Shown in pieces: positions 61,283 through 64,000 of a stretch of 64,000 bases of DNA. The stretch covers positions 124,001 through 188,000 of the forward strand of contig NW_026928448.1 in the NCBI RefSeq assembly GCF_032062105.1. The letters run 5' to 3'. The notes beneath the pieces are model-generated. The model was not told the origin of the DNA, did no database searches, and worked only from the letters and a program-made list of their open reading frames with translations. Numbering within the stretch: the first letter of the stretch is position 1; every line of letters starts with the position of its first letter. Source of the DNA: Saccostrea cucullata. Its lineage: Eukaryota. The translations under genes were made by a program, and so were the position numbers.

Positions 61283-64000
61283 TTAAAGTTTTGTACTTAA
61301 ATTTCCACAATAACCAATGTCATCTTTGAAAATCAAAGTCATGCGTGGTGTCATCTGTAATAAAAAAAAATTGTTGCATTTATAAGTTCTAGTATCACCG
61401 AGAACATCATTGAGATAAGATTTAATACAATAGAAAAAACAAATATTATGACTATAGATCTTTTAAGTGTACAATTTTACCAGTGATTCAGTTACATAAA
61501 AATAATTTTCCTTCATGAGTAAATTATTTGAATAAAAAATGAATTATTTATTAATAAATACATATTAATATATAACTTATATGCTTATAAAATAATTAAT
61601 GATACATATTAATGACTAAATTAAAGACTAATATTAATAAATAAATTATATATTAATTTTTTTATTACATACATTTGTATTTAATTTAGAATAAAAAATG
61701 TGTTGATTAGGAAATAGCAAAAAAAAAAGGCTTTGTCTAACCTGTTTAGGATCAAAAGACATAGAATCTTCTAAAGACGAAACACTAAGATCACTGGTGG
61801 CACTCTCTGTTAATGCACTGTCTGAAATGATATATTATTATATATAATTCACTTAATTTCTTAGACATTTAGCTTAAAATTCATGATCATTTTTTGGTAA
61901 TATTTGCTTACCTCTTTGGCTATTCTTTGAACGACGTCTTACAAAAAGATCCGAATCAGACTGGAATAAATAATAATTATATGATAATAATAAAATTCAT
62001 TTAATTGCAACTTTTTCCTTCTCTGTGCAAATAAGTATTATTTTCTGAATTTATATGAATATCATGAAATTCTATTAGTTACGAAGGGATTTGAAAAATG
62101 AAGTACACATTTTACTGAAATGTAAAGATAACAAACAGTTATCATTAAATTAAACAAATAATGAGCTGAGTAATCATGGACCTCTTAAAGATATTAGACA
62201 TGGAATCAGGTGCTATGAAGGAGTAGGTTGCCCCCTGTCAACCGGTACATCGGTCACACATCTGTAAGTGCATGTGTTTGCAGGTGTACTGAACTTGTCA
62301 TCAGTCTTTACAATACTAACGCATGAAATGAAGAAATTGGTAACAGTATTCAAATGTCAATATCAGGAACTTACCTGACGGTGAGGAAGAGGTGGTGGAC
62401 AACAACCCTTTTCCTGCCCTATATAACAATTAATTATAGTTAAAATACAGCCAACAAGCAACATTTTCATTGTCATAAAAAATTGTCATTAAAATTTACA
62501 AATATCATTTGGAAACTCCATTTCACATTAGTTTACATGTTCAATTTCTTTTATACAAATTTTAGCAAAACTTTCCAGTTTTAAAATGAAATTAGCTTTT
62601 CTTATATATGTTATAAAAAAAATCAAAAGTAATTTGTTCCCATTTACCTATTTCTAATATTCATATTTCAAATTATTTTGAAATTTTTAAAAGTAAAATC
62701 CATAATTTGAACTGAAACATTCTTAAATATTTGAAAAGGGAATTATTCCATATTTTACCTGTATTCACCTGCTTCATGGTCATATAGCCATCAGAGGTAT
62801 CACCTAAATGTACATTAGGCCAAAAAATTAAAAAGAATTAACCATTGAAACATTGTAGCATGAAATACCAAATTTCTGTCATTATATATTTTTTCCACAC
62901 TAAATTGGTATATAATCAGAGGAATATTTATGAAATACCGATCAGTTTACTGTCATCGCTTTGAAACGTTGCAAAGTTTTCAGGCGGTTGGATATTTGCA
63001 GCTATATCAGTATGACCTTCAGAGAGTGCAATCTGACTCGCTGTTTTGTCGTTCTTGTTTCTCATACAAACCGCAGCCTGGTATCCGGGGTATTTTTTAA
63101 GAGCTTCACAAAGTAGCTTTAATCCAAGTTTTGCACCGACGTGGAGAAGTGTTGGAAATTCTCTAGATGATTTCTTTTCTGTAAAAATAATTTTTCCCAT
63201 AATTCGTCCGATGTTTGGTCGTATTAATGACCGTTTGCAAATACAACCTATCTTTGGGTCGTATTATAACTGACATATTTCCTACCAATTGTAGGCAATT
63301 ATTTCTCTGTTATTTTGGCTACGGACTACTCAGTTTCTTTGAAAGAAATGTTTCGATGCAGAGGGTTGGCGGGAATTTGATTGTCGACAGAGTAAGCTTT
63401 TTTCCTCATCCACCTGATTTGAGGGGTCCTGGTCTCCGCCCTTTTCCCGATTCTTGATTTGAGATTTAACACTAATAATAAGTTTACTTTTACAAGATTC
63501 CATTTGAAGAATACTATTTAATAATTCTTTAAGTGATAGACTAATGGTATAGCTATAGCATGATCTATGAACTTGAATAAAAATAATTACATTTACAAAT
63601 TAGATTTTACCAGCCAAATTTATATAATATCAAAGTCTAAATGTCAGTATGGCACGTTATCTCTAATTGTTGATACTGCATTGTGTGGACAGGGGTCGGG
63701 GGGGGGGGGTATGTAAACAGATGCTTGTAAACGATGACCGTTACTTTTACCTATGCTGATACACTGTAGATAAATTTCTAGATTTGTCTATAAGGTTTAC
63801 TCTCTCATTACATATGATTTTCTGAACGATAATCCCTGAATGTATACCAGTCTGATTTAACAATATTAAATCAGCTGTTGAACTAATTATAACACAGTTT
63901 TATTATACTCACTCCACAAATGATCTCTAAAGTCTAACATCTCCAATCCTGAAAGGGGATTACTTCCGCTGGTCCCATTGGTTAGAATGTCTACAAGTTC
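61283..64000 (-). CDS. BCAP/BANK1/Dof-family adaptor, gene C (3' part; continues beyond the window)
   Basis: Exons >64000-63964, 63178-62951 (FPTLLHVGAKLGL..YPGYQAAVCMRNKNDKTASQIA ankyrin), 62803-62759 (GYMTM), 62418-62375 (CCPPPLPHRQ), 61960-61912, 61821-61742 and 61354-61283. The last exon is uncertain. Confidence 0.8.

Overview
AT-rich, intron-containing animal DNA, most likely a bivalve mollusc (oyster-like, judged from the intronless nAChR expansion and the HINE/SINE/CR1/Penelope repeat families). The window looks like an immunity-flavoured birth-and-death gene cluster. From left to right it holds: a decayed LRR (Toll-like) gene; an intronless nAChR pseudogene; a near-intact CR1/L2-type LINE with a 2A-like motif; a second LRR remnant; a 4-exon gene that the ORF track mostly misses, encoding a 143-aa secreted bacterial-type 3D-domain (MltA-like lytic transglycosylase) protein; two tandem intronless non-alpha nAChR-like genes; two orphan copies of the last exon of the 3D gene; three ~103-nt structured RNAs with vault-RNA-like motifs, covarying stems and Pol III terminators; and three BCAP/BANK1/Dof-like (TIR-DBB-ankyrin) adaptor paralogues with divergent phosphotyrosine tails. 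The two most striking items are the 3D-domain gene (18021-21483) and the vault-like RNA triplet (34650-36403). All gene models were spliced by hand using GT-AG sites and phase consistency; no database searches were run.
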